DNA from: Mobula birostris | Taxonomy: Eukaryota | Assembly (NCBI RefSeq): GCF_030028105.1 | Contig: NC_092374.1 | Coordinates: 40,867,016 to 40,931,015 of the forward strand | Length of the DNA stretch: 64,000 bases | Direction of reading: 5' to 3' | Shown here: positions 52,591 through 64,000 of the stretch, one piece after another | Layout: the number at the start of each line of letters is the position of its first letter | How positions within the stretch are numbered: the first letter of the stretch is position 1 | Translations under genes and position numbers: made by a program | The notes under the pieces: model-generated | The model's database searches: none | Seen by the model: the letters and a program-made list of their open reading frames with translations, nothing else | What the model was told of the DNA's origin: nothing

Positions 52591-52899
52591 TACCTGTTGC
52601 CCTGACAATCGTTTCCATCTTCACTGCCCTGACCCTAGCAGGACTTGTTCAAATGTTGAACAATTTCTACTTAAACTCCACAGTTCATCCAAAAGAAAAA
52701 CCTGCAGAATGTGGAAATACAAAATAAAAACAAGTGATGCTGGAAATACAGCAGCTGGTAACAAGGAAGAGCTGATTTTTCATGAATTTTCATTCATTTT
52801 ACTCTCGAACTTTTATCAACAACAGCGTATCACTCTGACCACAATTCCTTCCACAACAGTGCTTATAAAATGTTTTCCTTAACTATGGCTTTGCCTCCA

Positions 52900-53500
52900 C
52901 CATTAGCGCAGGGCTCTTAACCATGCTTTTACCATTTTCCACACTTCCGTTCTCACTTGCTTCCCTGTAATCTGAAACAAGGATTGCCCTTAACTTCATC
53001 TTCCACTCACCAGTTTCCATATTCAATAGACCAGGCTCCAATATCTTAGACAGCTCCAGTGTGATGCCACCATCATCAACCCTCTTCTCCTCTTCCAGTA
53101 CTCCAAAAGCATTGCTTAACCTGCGACTCTTGTGTATGCACCAGTTTCTCTGGAATCACAGGAAATGCAGCATCTGCTCTTTTACCTTCCCTTCCCACAT
53201 CCAGGGCCCCAAGCACACTGTCTAGGTGCAGCTGTGATGCACTTGTACTTCTAACTTAGCACAATTTTAGTACTTTCAGGGCTTACAGTTTTGTCTCCTC
53301 TTCACTGGAGCATCCAAGCACAGAATGGACGATTGCTTGCAGAACACATCTCTTCATTCCACAGGATGACCATGAGCTTCTAGTTGCCTTCTGCTTTATT
53401 TCTCTATCTTACTTCCATTCTGATTTCTCTGTCTTTTTATGCTCACAAGAATGACCATTGAATTCAACAACATCAAGGCGATGAGTCATTATAGCTTTAA
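52900..53500 (+). mobile_element. Old Penelope-like fragment
   Basis: Degenerate similarity to 58250-58830 (linker and GIY-YIG region). Confidence 0.5.
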
Positions 53501-54087
53501 CTTCACATTCTCTAACAGTCAGTTTGGGTTCAATCATCTGATGCCATTTGCATCTCCTTCAAAGATACCTGGTTTTGTTTCACTGCCTTTTTATAACCAA
53601 CACCACCACAGTGTGTCATTTAAGTTCTCCTCGGTCCAGAGTCCTTCCCTTTCTCTACTGGGAACTACTTCATTCTTTCTCTGCGAACTCACATTTGTTC
53701 CACTCTAAATTTCCCTGGGTTACACTAGGGTTCCATTCCTGTGCACTGTTCATAGCCAGCACAGTTTGCAAGTTGGAAATGACACCACAAACTGAATTCC
53801 CAAGTTAGAAGTTGCTTGCAGTCTCAAAGCATCCAACCAATCCATGCTGCTGGTCTCCCAAGTTTTATTTCGTATGTAGGGGCTGAAACAAGCTGTAGGT
53901 TTACAAACAGCCCAGCTTATATCAGCCATACTTAATGAGGAAATGTTATCAATTTGAAATTCAAACTTGCTTCTCTCTCCACAGAAATGCTAAATTAGCT
54001 GAGTATTTCTAGCGCTTAATATTAAAGTTTCAGGGTAGAACTGCTGAAAATTGTTACTTTAAACTCAATTTACATTGGAGAATTATA

Positions 54088-54703
54088 AGGCAGGAGGAGA
54101 AGATGGCAGCGCGACGCAGCGTGCGCAGCTCTCCGGTGAAATGATATCGTATCTGTTAAATAGGGGCTGTGGACAATTCTGATTTGATGAAGACAGACAT
54201 GAGAAGCAGAGGAACATCTGGAGAAATTTCTGAAATGCCTGGTTTTGCTGTCGTTGTTACTGTGTGATCGAGAATCTCCGGAGGGAAGTCCCCAAAATCC
54301 CCGGCTTTGCCTGCTGCTGGCGACCGAGGCTGAGGTCGAAGCGTTCGGATAGAGATGGTGCTCGGTACTTGGTGTCAGAGGGCTGATCGGAGCTCGAAGT
54401 TTTCAGACGACTCAGAGTCGGACTGTGGTTGGGCATGGCAGGGAGAGTTTTCTTCCTTCTCCCGTCTGCGTGAGATGTGGGACTTTCGAGAAACTTTGAA
54501 CTTTTTTTACTGTTGTTCATCAAGTTATGGTATTGTTGCACTGTTGTAACTATATGTTATAATTATGTGGTTTTGTTACTTTTTCAGTCTTGGTCTGTCC
54601 TGTGTTTCTGTGATATCACACCGGGGGATATTGTATCATTTCTTAATGCATGCATTACTAAGTGACAATAGAAAAGGACAGCATGTCCTCATAATCTAAT
54701 CTA
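54088..54703 (+). mobile_element. Probable non-autonomous retroelement (CpG-rich head, short ctaat-repeat tail)
   Basis: CpG-rich 5' part, T-rich 3' part ending tgacaata...cataatctaatctaa like Rex-type tails. No ORF homology recognised. Confidence 0.45.
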
Positions 54704-54881
54704 AAGAATTTTATTGCCTGAAAGTGCCCGAAAAGTGGAAAGGTGAAATACAAAAATAACCGTCCGCACACATTATCTTCAGTCCTGATGAGAAATTATA
54801 AGTAGTAATGAATAAAGAGGTTTTTCTTCATGCAGTAATTCACAATTACGATAAATTCTGTTTAACATTTTAGTAACATAC

Positions 54882-55011
54882 CTGTAAATTACATCCTTTG
54901 CTAGTTCTACTTCTGCTGGTATTTGACACAAATGTAACAATATTTTTAAATCATCCTTGAGGATTAGTTCATTCTTTTTTAATTTTTCCTGAATTGATTT
55001 GAAATATTGAT
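54882..55011 (-). CDS. PTCD2: PTCD2 exon 3 (130 nt)
   Basis: ttttgcag|ATCAAT...TTACAG|gtatgt; DQYFKSIQEKLKKNELILKDDLKILLHLCQIPAEVELAKDVIYR. Confidence 0.95.
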
Positions 55012-56311
55012 CTGCAAAATTAACACATTTGTGTGAAAAGCGAGTAAAAGATAAACAAAATTTCCAAAGTACAAAATACCTTTAGCAGTTAGTAAGTCTC
55101 CCCCTGGCTCTTCATGTTTATTTCTGATACTCATAGAAAACAACCACCATAGGTTTAGAAACTAATAGGTAAAATAAGTAAATAAATAAGCAACAAGACA
55201 CTGCCTCCACAAGGCTACAGAAACAGTTGGACATTTTCTTTTCATTAGTGCAGTTGAGTTCAAATCAAGAGATGTGCTTTCATGATTTCAAGAATTCTAC
55301 TAAATTTCCAGGTATTAACTATCCGAAGAAAATGTTATGATTACAACACAGAAAAATGTGCACCCTAGTCCCCTTACCACAAAGCAGCACAATGCGTATA
55401 AATAGTGTTCCTATATGGCAAACAATTCTTTTATTCTAACTTTTCCACTTAATATTTCAATGTTCTTCCATGAAATTTCCTAAATTTAAAAATCCGTTTG
55501 ATAAAATAACTTTTTGATGTAGAAAGACCCATAACCTTAACCTTCTTTCCCTGTAATTTCTGTAGCTGATAGATATTACTTTGAAATGCCAGTTAGAGGA
55601 CTAAGAGAGAAACAAATAATATCATTCGTGAAAAGCTGATTTCATTTCCAGAGGGATAAATCATTCAAAAACTTATAAAAACCTAATTCTATCATCGGCA
55701 ATGCACAAAGAAAAGAGATAAGCTCTATCTAATACAAGGGCCACTGCTGACCTCCTGTCCTTCCACAGAACAGGTGACCATCCCTTGCTCCCCTTTACAA
55801 AAATAACTCTCGCCAGGATAACATCCCACAGGAGAAGTCATTCCTTATGTACCTCAACTATATTTCATCTGTTAGGATGTCAGCCAATCTCAGAGGCTGT
55901 CAGTGCACAGCCTGATCCTGGCCCAACAATATTGAGCATTTCCAAACGTGGAAAACTGAAGGAACTATCAGGCTGTAAACAATAGTAAACTCTCCCATTA
56001 GACAGCTTGCTGGAGGGGCCAATTGTAATGAATGGAAAACCATTAGAAAGATGGATCAGCTAAAGGAGAATCTTCTTAAAGCCAAATACGGACAGAACAT
56101 TAAGTACTCCATCAATACAAATCTAACCTAGTGCAGGTTATCACTTTAAGGAAACTTCAAAGTTCTAAAACAGTTGAAGAATAGATCAGTAGCTCAATAA
56201 ATGTCATTTTAACAACAGTCTCATGCACTCATATTCAAGCTCTATACTCAATCATAAATTACCCACTTTTAAATCTTATCATCTTTTCAATTGCATATTG
56301 ATATAGCTTAC

Positions 56312-56404
56312 CCCTACTGATATATAACTGATTTGCAAGTGCAACCTTCTTCTGTTGGAACTCGAGCAAGCGTATCACATTGTCTGAAAGTAAATATCGT
56401 CTGG
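56312..56404 (-). CDS. PTCD2: PTCD2 exon 2 (93 nt)
   Basis: tctgcag|CCAGAC...GTAGGG|gtaagc; [31 protein letters not shown] vs human [24 protein letters not shown]. Confidence 0.95.
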
Positions 56405-57394
56405 CTGCAGATACAAAAATAAATAAAAGTTGATTCGGATTAGTTTCTCTAATTCACCAGAGTGCAATGACATCCTTTGCCTGCATAAACTCACTGAGTA
56501 AACAGTATACAGTATATGGTAATACTTCAATAAATAAGACACAAAAGAATGATGCAAAGATTTAGATTCTGCAATCTAAACCACATTTGACTGTACTAAT
56601 AAAATGGTCTGCTCACCATTAGTCATTTCTTTCATTGAACTTCCCCTGAACTGCTGTTTCTCCACATGGACTGCCCAATCATCTCATAACTACTGTAGTT
56701 AGAACTCATTCATGCTTTTAGTCAGCTGGAGACTGCTGCTCTTAGACCTCCCGATTCTTTACTTCTTGTACTTCCTCGATCCTTAGTAAATTTTACCATT
56801 TTATTTCAAATTTCAAGCAACAGCAGCATCTTATCCTGAGGCAGAGCATCAATGACATATACACTTTTCACCTGATTTATTTACAAATTAATGTGACATA
56901 TTCCTCACCTTTCCATTGCTGGGCACAGTTTGGAAAAATCCCAGACAGTGCACAATCTATCTTCAAGCAGTGACACTGGATGGTCTGTCACATCACAAAC
57001 GCTAGTTTTGTCCCTTTTCACCAATTTTGGCTCTTGACCAGCTAACTTGGGTCCTTCAATTGGTCAGCTTAAACAAGTGCCCATTTGTCATAACATTTAA
57101 TTGATTTTGGTGATTCCTTACCTACTGTTGGAGCAGATTAAAAACTTGCTGCAGTTTTAAGTAAGATCAAAGCAATTATCTTCTACCACTTTCCATTTCC
57201 TTCACTGCCCACTCCACACTTTGGATTCAGCAGATGCTTTGCAAATGTCACCATTCTTCGCTGAGCAATGAAAATGCATTCCTTTATTTCACTCTGCAAT
57301 AATATTGCCTTTTTCAAAGATCTAGAGCTCCCTATCACTTGTCTTTTAAAACGATCTCATAGTTCCCTTACCCTACAATGCTTGTTTCTATCTT

Positions 57395-59935
57395 GAAGAT
57401 CTATAAACCTGACTGTCCAGGTAGGCCCATCGTTTCTGCCTGGTCCTGCCCCACTGAACTTGCGTCCGCATACCTCAGCTCAATTTTATACCCATTGGTT
57501 CAGTCCTTACATCCGCGAAACTTCTGCCGTTCATGATCTCAACAACTTTAAATTCCCTGGACCTGACTGCCACATTTTCACGATGGATGTTCAATCCCTA
57601 TTCACTTCTATCACTCCCATCAAAAGACCTTAAGCTCTCTGCTTCTTTCTCAGCAACAGACCTGTTCCACTTCATCGACACCCTCCTCCATCTGGCAAAA
57701 CTGGTACTTACACTCAAAAATTTCGATTTTGGCTCCTCCTATGTTCACCAAACTTAAGGCGCAGCCAAGGGCATCTGCACGGGCTCCAGCTGTGTCTGCC
57801 TTTTTGTTGGCTATGTGGGGTCCATGTTCCAACCCTTCCCTGGTAAAGCTCCCCACCTCTTTCTGTGCTATATTGATGACTGTAATAGTACTGCTTCATG
57901 CACCCATGCTGAACTCAATTTCATTAACTTTGCATCCAACTTCCACCCTACACTTAAATTCACTTGGTCTATTTCTGACATCTCTCTCCCCTTTCTCAAT
58001 TTTTTATCTCCAAGACAAACTATCTATCTTTACTGGACTTACCAACTCCCATAGGTATCTTGACTTTATCCTTTCCCCCTCTCCATCTCCTATAAAATGG
58101 GCATTTCCATTTCTCAGTTCCTTTGTCTCTGCCAGATCTGTTCTCAGGATGAGGCTTTCCTTTCCCGAACAGTGATGAAGCCTTCACCATCTCCCTCCCC
58201 CCCCAATGCTCTCCATTTCCCACTCAATCTTCTCGTCATCCTAACTGGGATAGAGTTCCTCTTGAGCCCACCCCATGTGCCTCTGCATTCAACATATCAT
58301 TCTCCGCAGTATTCACCGTCTACAAGAAAATCTTACCACCAAATACATCTTTACCCCCCCCCCCACACTCTCTGCAGGGAATGCTCTCTCCATGATTCCC
58401 TTTGTCCATTTGTCCTTCCCCACTAATCTTCCTCCTGGCACATATCCCTGCAAGTGGGAGAAGTGCTACACCTACACATTCACTTTCTCCCTCACCTCTA
58501 ATCAGGGACACAAACCACCCTTCCAGCTGAGGCAAAACTACACCTGTGAAGCCGTTGAGTTCTACTGTCATTCAATGCTTACAATGCAACCTCCTCTACT
58601 TTGGTGAGACCCAACATAGAATGGTGGACCGCTTTGTTGAGGACTTTGCTCCATTTGCAAAAAGCAAGATTTCCTGGTGACCAGCCATCTCAATTCCAAT
58701 TCCAATCCCCATTCCGACATGCCAGTTGATGGCCTCCTCTACTGCCATGATGAGGCTACTCTCAGGTCAGAGGAGCAAAACCTCATATTCCGTCTGGTTA
58801 ACCCCCAACATGATTGCATGAACATCAGTTTCTCGAACAATCAGTAATTTTCACCCTCCGTCTTCCCTCTTTGCCAATTCTCCACTCTGGCTCCCCTCTT
58901 ACTTCAGACATCCCACCTCTCCCGGAACTTCTGGGAGTCTCCCGCATATTAATAGTGGCTCCCTGATGCCCGCAAATTATATACAATATCACGGAAAACA
59001 ATTTTTTTGAGAGCGAGTGAGAGAAAAGCAAGATAGAGCGTGAGAGCCACCATGAGAGAGCGCGCGCGAGAGCGAGAAAGCAAGCGAGAGTGAAAGCAAG
59101 TGAGGGAGAGACAGAGCGAGCAACGAGAGAGAGAGCACACGTGCGAGCAAGAGCGCACCATTGCAGAGTGTTCCAAAAAAAATATAAAACGTACCTCACC
59201 CCAGACTACACTAAAGTGTACCCCTGCCTAATAGGGGTCAAAATAATGTCAGTGTTGCTCGCTGCACTGTTTGCAACAGTGACTTTTCTATTGCCCATTG
59301 TGGGTTAAGACTGTAAAAGACATGTGTCGGTGAGTTTAACAGGTGTCATTTGTTCATTAGCATAGCTAACGTTATTTAAACTAGCTGGCTAGCTGCGAAG
59401 GAGCTACTCTATTGCAGACATCCCACCTCTCCAGGAAGTCTCCCGCAAATTGATGGTGCTACCTCCCTGAAATGAATTTTTGCAGGGTGGGATGTCTGTT
59501 ACTTGTTCTTTTCTTCTCATCTGCCTAACACCCTCCCTAAGTGCTCCTCCCTTCCTCCCATGGTCCACAATCAGATTCCTTCTTCTCCAGCCCTTTACCT
59601 TTTCTACCTATCACTTCTCTGCTTCTCACTTCATCCCTCCACCCCACCCACCTAGCTTCACCAATACTCCAGATCCTGCACGTGCTGGAAATCCAGAGCA
59701 ACACACAAAATGCTGGAGGTACTCACCAGCTCAGGCAGCATCTGTGGAAATGAAAAAAATAACAGTCGATGTTTCAGGCAGAGACCCTTCACCAGGCTCC
59801 TCTAGCTTTTACTCCGACCCCTCCTCTCACATTATATGCTGCCTTCTTCCCTTCCAATCCTGAACCATCAGCTGTTTATCCATTTCCATCGATGCTGCCT
59901 AACCTCCTGAGTTCCTCCAGCACCGTGTGTGTGTG
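57395..59935 (+). mobile_element. Decayed Penelope-like element (RT + Cys-rich linker + GIY-YIG; Neptune-like), interrupted at 58905-59498
   Basis: CPGRPIVSA, FTMDVQSLF, YIDDC, FHPTLKFTWSIS, TYPCKWEKCYT, LYFGETQHRMVDRFVE; 3' region with an inverted terminal segment at about 59665-59935. Confidence 0.88.
58905..59498. mobile_element. Non-autonomous TIR DNA element with 6-bp TSD (copy 2)
   Basis: CAGACATCCCACC...GGTGGGATGTCTG; TSD ttactt (58899-58904 / 59499-59504). Confidence 0.9.
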
Positions 59936-60451
59936 TTATCTAGCAAGGTTACCTATTTCCCCAAGCACCTGATTAGATAGTAATTCCAATAAAATCCCAT
60001 TCCGATAACATTAAAACCTAGACTGAAAAATATTATTCACAAACTCAAAATATTGTCCTTACATTGTATAAGAAAACACGCTTGTTATACACGTTCAACA
60101 TAAGTTATTCAGTTTTTATTTGAACTCTAGAATTGTCACTGGCCAGTAAGCATCAGGGGCACATTTCAAATAATGAAACCACCACGCATTATCTCTCAAA
60201 GCGCTGGGCAATCGATAACATTGACTGAAAAATGGGTTGTGTTTTAACAGTTTAGTAAAACGCTTTATTTAAAACATTACATGCAAAAGGGTGATGCTGA
60301 GTTACTTTCCTTTAAAAGGGGTCTGCCAAGTGCCCGGTACACCAATGCATCTGCGGCGTTAAGATGGTTCACCTCCCACCTTACCAGTGATGCGTAGACG
60401 GTTACTGGGAGGACTCGGCCGGCCGATCGGCCGCGCTCCTTCGGTACTCAC

Positions 60452-60557
60452 CGCAGCGCCGGCAGTCGCGGAGTCTCGGCGGCGGCGGAGGAGCGAACAC
60501 GCCGCACCTGAGGGTCTGCAGGAGGTCGCGGAGCCCCCGCGTCACGATCACCGCCAT
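60452..60557 (-). CDS. PTCD2: PTCD2 exon 1 (106 nt coding; mitochondrial presequence)
   Basis: agaATGGcg start; MAVIVTRGLRDLLQTLRCGVFAPPPPPRLRDCRRC + G|gtgagt. Phase 1 matches exon 2; lies in the CpG island. Confidence 0.82.
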
Positions 60558-60784
60558 TCTCCTCCGACCACACCACCGAGCGCGGCCACGGGGGGGAGGG
60601 CTTCACTGTTCCTCTCCGAAACCTGACCTGTGACCTTCTGCGGAGAAACTGCACACAGTCACGATTCATTTTGTTCTTTTACCCGAAAGGCAAAAAGGAT
60701 TAATAATAGTTACCATTTAGTTTAAGTTTTATTTATTTTATCTGCTGTACCAACCTACGGAGAAGGCCGCTGGTGCGTTCCAAG
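60558..60784. promoter_or_regulatory. Bidirectional promoter region PTCD2/MRPS27 (CpG island about 60340-61100)
   Basis: Divergent ATGs 227 bp apart; perfect DR1 TGACCTgTGACCT (60624-60636); YY1-type CAAGATGGCGGC over the MRPS27 start. Confidence 0.75.
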
Positions 60785-60848
60785 ATGGCGGCCTGGTTAC
60801 GGCGATGGCCCCTGTTTGGCAGGCTCGGAGTGGCAGCGGTGCGGCCAG
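60785..60848 (+). CDS. MRPS27: Probable MRPS27 coding exon 1 (mitochondrial presequence); remaining exons not seen in the window
   Basis: aagATGGcg; MAAWLRRWPLFGRLGVAAVRP + G|gtatct (64 nt, phase 1), Arg-rich with no acidic residues. Identity rests mainly on the known head-to-head PTCD2/MRPS27 arrangement and the exon phase. Confidence 0.7.
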
Positions 60849-61374
60849 GTATCTACTAATGGGCCGAAGGGCACCGGGGTCGTCAGTAAGATAGCCAGAA
60901 CATGAACCCCGCATCTAGAGGTCTCGGGCTGTGTATGGCGGGGTGTACTTGTGCTGTTAGCCACCCCGCGTGGGAGCTGGTGGCTGTGGGATTTCTGGTA
61001 TCTAATGAGTGGTGGCAGAGCAAAACAACCTGGCATAACCGAGCTCAGAAACGTCAACCGGGTGCACGAGTTAAACACAGAAGGAGGAGGTGCTGTAGGG
61101 GTATTTGAAAGCTCATTACTGCCAATTCAGTTTCAAGTGTGGTCATTGTAACGTTGGAAGGAAGTGGTAATCCGTGCAGAGTAAACTCACGGGAATTAAA
61201 ATTGCCAAGTATTGTGTGTGTGTTAAGTAGAGGGATAACTGTGGCCAGGTCTCAGAAAAATACCCGGTCGTTTGAGAGAACGGCATAGGATTTATTTATA
61301 TAGCCAATCAATAAGCAGGTCAAGTTCCGGTTTCATGACGCTTCTGAAAGATGAAGTTGAAGCTTCCTCAGAGA

Positions 61375-61805
61375 GGGACCAGAAGTGGAGAGAGTTAGCA
61401 GCTTCAGGTTCCTGGGTGTCAAGATCTGAGGATCTAATCTGGTCCCAACATATCGATGTAGTTATAAAGAAGGCAAGACAGCGGCTATACTTCATTAGGA
61501 GTTTGAAGATATTTGGCATGTTAACAAATACATTCAAATGTACCGTGGAGAGCAGTCTGACAGGCTGCATCACTGTCTGGTATGGAGGGGCTACTGCACA
61601 GAACCGAAAGAAGCTGCAGAAGGTTGTAAATCTAGTCAGCTCCATCTTGGTACGAGCTCACAAAGTACCTGGGGCATCTTTAGGGAGCGGTGTCTCAGAA
61701 AGGCAGCGTCCATTATTAAGGACCTTCAGCACCCAGGGCATGCCCTTTTCTCACTGTTACCATCAGGTAGGAGGTACAGAAGCCTGAAGGCACACGCTCA
61801 GCGTG
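61375..61805 (+). mobile_element. Rex1/Babar LINE fragment
   Basis: SEDLIWSQHIDVVIKKARQRLYFIRSLK...CTVESSLTGCITVWYG; HPGHALFSLLPSGRRYRSL. Confidence 0.85.
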
Positions 61806-62069
61806 ATAATAAACCTGATTCTGAAGCTCGGGCTGTCTGATATGAAACATTAACTCTATTTTCACAGATGCTGTCTGACTTGTATTTCAGATTTTTTTGG
61901 TTTAATATATTCGATTTCCAACATATAGAGATTTTTTTTTATTTCTGCCATGTTAGCACAAGCTGTTTTCATTGTGCTTCTGCCTGTCAGTTTTATAGAC
62001 CTTTCATTGAAAGGGTGTCAGTCTGCCAATACATTACTCCAGTATGAGTAACCTATCGAAGGAGAGACT

Positions 62070-62635
62070 TGTTATGTTTTGTCATTCCAAAAACTAATCA
62101 AAAGAAAAACCACAGGAGCCTGGGAGAACACGTAAGCTTAGTTTGTTTATTTTATTGGGGCATACGCCATTCCGCCACCACTTACGATGTGGTGGTGTGA
62201 TTACCTATGCTATTCTTGTACCTTTACATATAACCTGCAATGAATTGTGTAAACAAAGAATGTTTTCTCAAACAATATACAGTATTTACAATATTACTCA
62301 AATATTAGGCATCTGTTAGTCTCGTGAGACCATGGATTTGCGCCTTGGAAAGTTTCCAGGGCGCAGGCCTGGGCAAGGTTGTATGGAAGACTGGCAGTTG
62401 CCCATGCTGCAAGCCTCCTCTCTCCACGCCACCGATGTTGTCCAAGGGAAGGGCATTAGGACCCATACAGCTTGGCACCGGTGTTGTCGCAGAGCAATGT
62501 GTGGTTAAGTGCCTTGCTCAAGGACACAACACGCTGCCTCAGCCAAGGCTCGAACTAGATCACTAGATGAACGCCTTAACCACTTGGCCACACGCCAACA
62601 CACTCAAATATTACTGACATGTTAAATACGTAACA
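62070..62635. mobile_element. Short solo-LTR-like element hosting a SINE
   Basis: TGTTATG...CGTAACA ends; flanks agact/agaca (5-bp TSD with 1 mismatch); AATAAA on minus near 62150. Confidence 0.5.
62308..62601 (-). mobile_element. tRNA-derived SINE with CORE-like domain
   Basis: Box A TGGCCAAGTGG, box B GTTCGAGCC, GTGTCCTTGAGCAAGGCACTTAACC; exact 12-bp TSD actcaaatatta (62296-62307 / 62602-62613). Confidence 0.85.
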
Positions 62636-62639
62636 AGAC

Positions 62640-62960
62640 AGCACAAACAGCAGAAAATCTAAAGCAACACACACAAAATGCTGGAGGAACTCAGCAGGGC
62701 AGGCAGCATTTATGGAAAAGAGTAAACAGTTGACATTTCAGGCCAAGACCCTTCATCAGGACTAGAAAGAAAGAAAAGTCAGAGTAAGAAAGGGGGGGGT
62801 GGAGGAAGAAGTACAGGAGGTAGGTGATAGGTGAAACTGAGGGAGGGGGTGAAGTAAAGAGCTGGGAAGTTGATTGGTAAAAGAGATAAAGGGTTGGAGG
62901 AGGGGAAATCTGATAGTAGAAGACAGAAGATTTCAATGGTAAATTGAGAAGGAGATGGCA
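62640..62960 (-). mobile_element. Penelope-like 3' terminal fragment
   Basis: Homologous to 14410-14670 and to the reverse complement of 12560-12795. Confidence 0.8.
62727..62764 (-). ncRNA. Minimal type I hammerhead ribozyme motif of a Penelope-like element (CpG-decayed)
   Basis: Minus strand uaguc-CUGAUGA-agggucuuggccu-GAAA-u-GUC-aacug; best-preserved complete copy in the window. Confidence 0.7.
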
Positions 62961-63124
62961 AATGGAAGATGAGGTAGAAAGATTTGAGGTTATCCAGGTT
63001 GGAAATTAATATGCAGTGTGAGGGAGTAAATAGTGCAAAGGCCTACATTGCAAAAGCATTTGAGTACAGGAATAAAGAGTCCCATTAGATGGAGCACTGA
63101 TGAGAGTGCATCTAGATTCTTTTT

Positions 63125-63616
63125 TCATAGAAACATAGAAAATAGGTGCAGGAGTAGGCCATTCGGCCCTTCGAGCCTGCACCGCCATTCAGTATGATCA
63201 TGGCTGATCATTCAACTCGGAACCCTGTACCAGCCTTCCCTCCATACCCCCTGATCCATTTAGCCATAAGGGCCATATCTAACTCCCTCTTAAATATAGC
63301 CAATGAACTGCCCTCAACTGTTTCCTGTGGCAGAGAATTCCACAGATTCACCACTCTCTGTGTGAAGAAGTTTTTCCTCATCTCAGTCCTCAAAGGCTTC
63401 CCCTTTATCCTCAAACTGTGACCCCTCGTTCTGGACTTCCCCAACATCGGGAACAATCTTCCTGCATCTAGCCTGTCCAATCCCTTTAGGATTTTATACG
63501 TTTCAATAAGATCCCCCCTCAGTCTTCTAAGTTCCAATGAATATAAGCCTGGTCGATCCAGTCTTTTATCATGTGAAAGTCCTGCCATCCCAGGAATCAA
63601 TCTGGTGAACCTTCGC
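63125..63616 (-). mobile_element. Young CR1 3' fragment
   Basis: RRFTRLIPGMAGLS...RRLRGDLIETYKIL...FFTQRVVNLWNSLP; (TTCTATGT) tail; CpGs retained. Confidence 0.9.
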
Positions 63617-64000
63617 ACGGGTTTAGCCTCCATGAGCAAGGGTACATTTGCATTTGAGAGAACTGCTGAGATTAAATGCTGGGATTGTGAATTTCTTTTG
63701 TATGAGGAAAGATTAAGTCAACTAGGAATGTATTCTCTTGAGTTCTGAAGATTGACAGGTGGTCTCATTGAAACATGAAATGCTTCCAAAGCTTGATGGT
63801 ATAGATGTCGAGTTAATGTTTACCCTGGCTGACATTAAAATAAAACTGCAGATGGTGGAAATATTAAATAAATACAAATAATGCTGGAATTACTCAGTAA
63901 GTCAGGTCATATCTGTGGGAAGCGAAACTGAGTCGATGTTTTGGATCAAAGGCTCTTTCTCAGTTCTGGGAAGCAGACAAAAGCAGCTGTTGAGCTAGAG

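Noticed and set aside
60380-60390. Alternative PTCD2 exon 1 donor CACTG|gtaagg
   Set aside because: The ATG frame hits TAA before this donor; the donor after 60452 gives the correct phase.
60849-60856. U12-type donor for MRPS27 intron 1 (GTATCTAC)
   Set aside because: Does not match the GTATCCTT U12 consensus.
62545-62601. tRNA gene
   Set aside because: The A/B boxes belong to a SINE head with CORE-like body and TSD; no full cloverleaf.
1-64000. CRISPR arrays, operons or prokaryotic defence systems
   Set aside because: No regularly spaced repeat-spacer arrays; the sequence is spliceosomal-intron vertebrate DNA.

Overview
Vertebrate nuclear genomic DNA, not prokaryotic. The repeat landscape (CR1, Penelope-like, Rex1/Babar, V-SINE, Tigger, hAT) suggests a cartilaginous fish, probably a ray; this is inference. 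Three nuclear genes for mitochondrial proteins can be read from the sequence. (1) A complete 10-exon PTCD2 on the minus strand (CDS 60557->21749, 1146 nt, 381 aa, all GT-AG, phases consistent). (2) The probable first coding exon of MRPS27 on the plus strand, head-to-head with PTCD2 across a 227-bp CpG-rich interval. (3) Exons 1-2 of an IDH2-like gene on the minus strand (16711->3545), continuing beyond the left edge. The most notable point is the position of the IDH2-like gene directly downstream of PTCD2. In mammals that slot leads to ZNF366, while IDH2 sits beside the ZNF366 paralog ZNF710, so this may be a retained whole-genome-duplication IDH2 ohnolog. Introns are dominated by nested transposons: a near-full-length CR1, decayed Penelope-like elements carrying a minimal hammerhead-ribozyme motif, short fold-back insertions derived from them, a TIR element family with 6-bp TSDs, an inverted pair of Tigger-like elements, and a mosaic MITE. 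Almost all ORFs in the supplied track are TE remnants or spurious. Repeat boundaries without a stated TSD are approximate.
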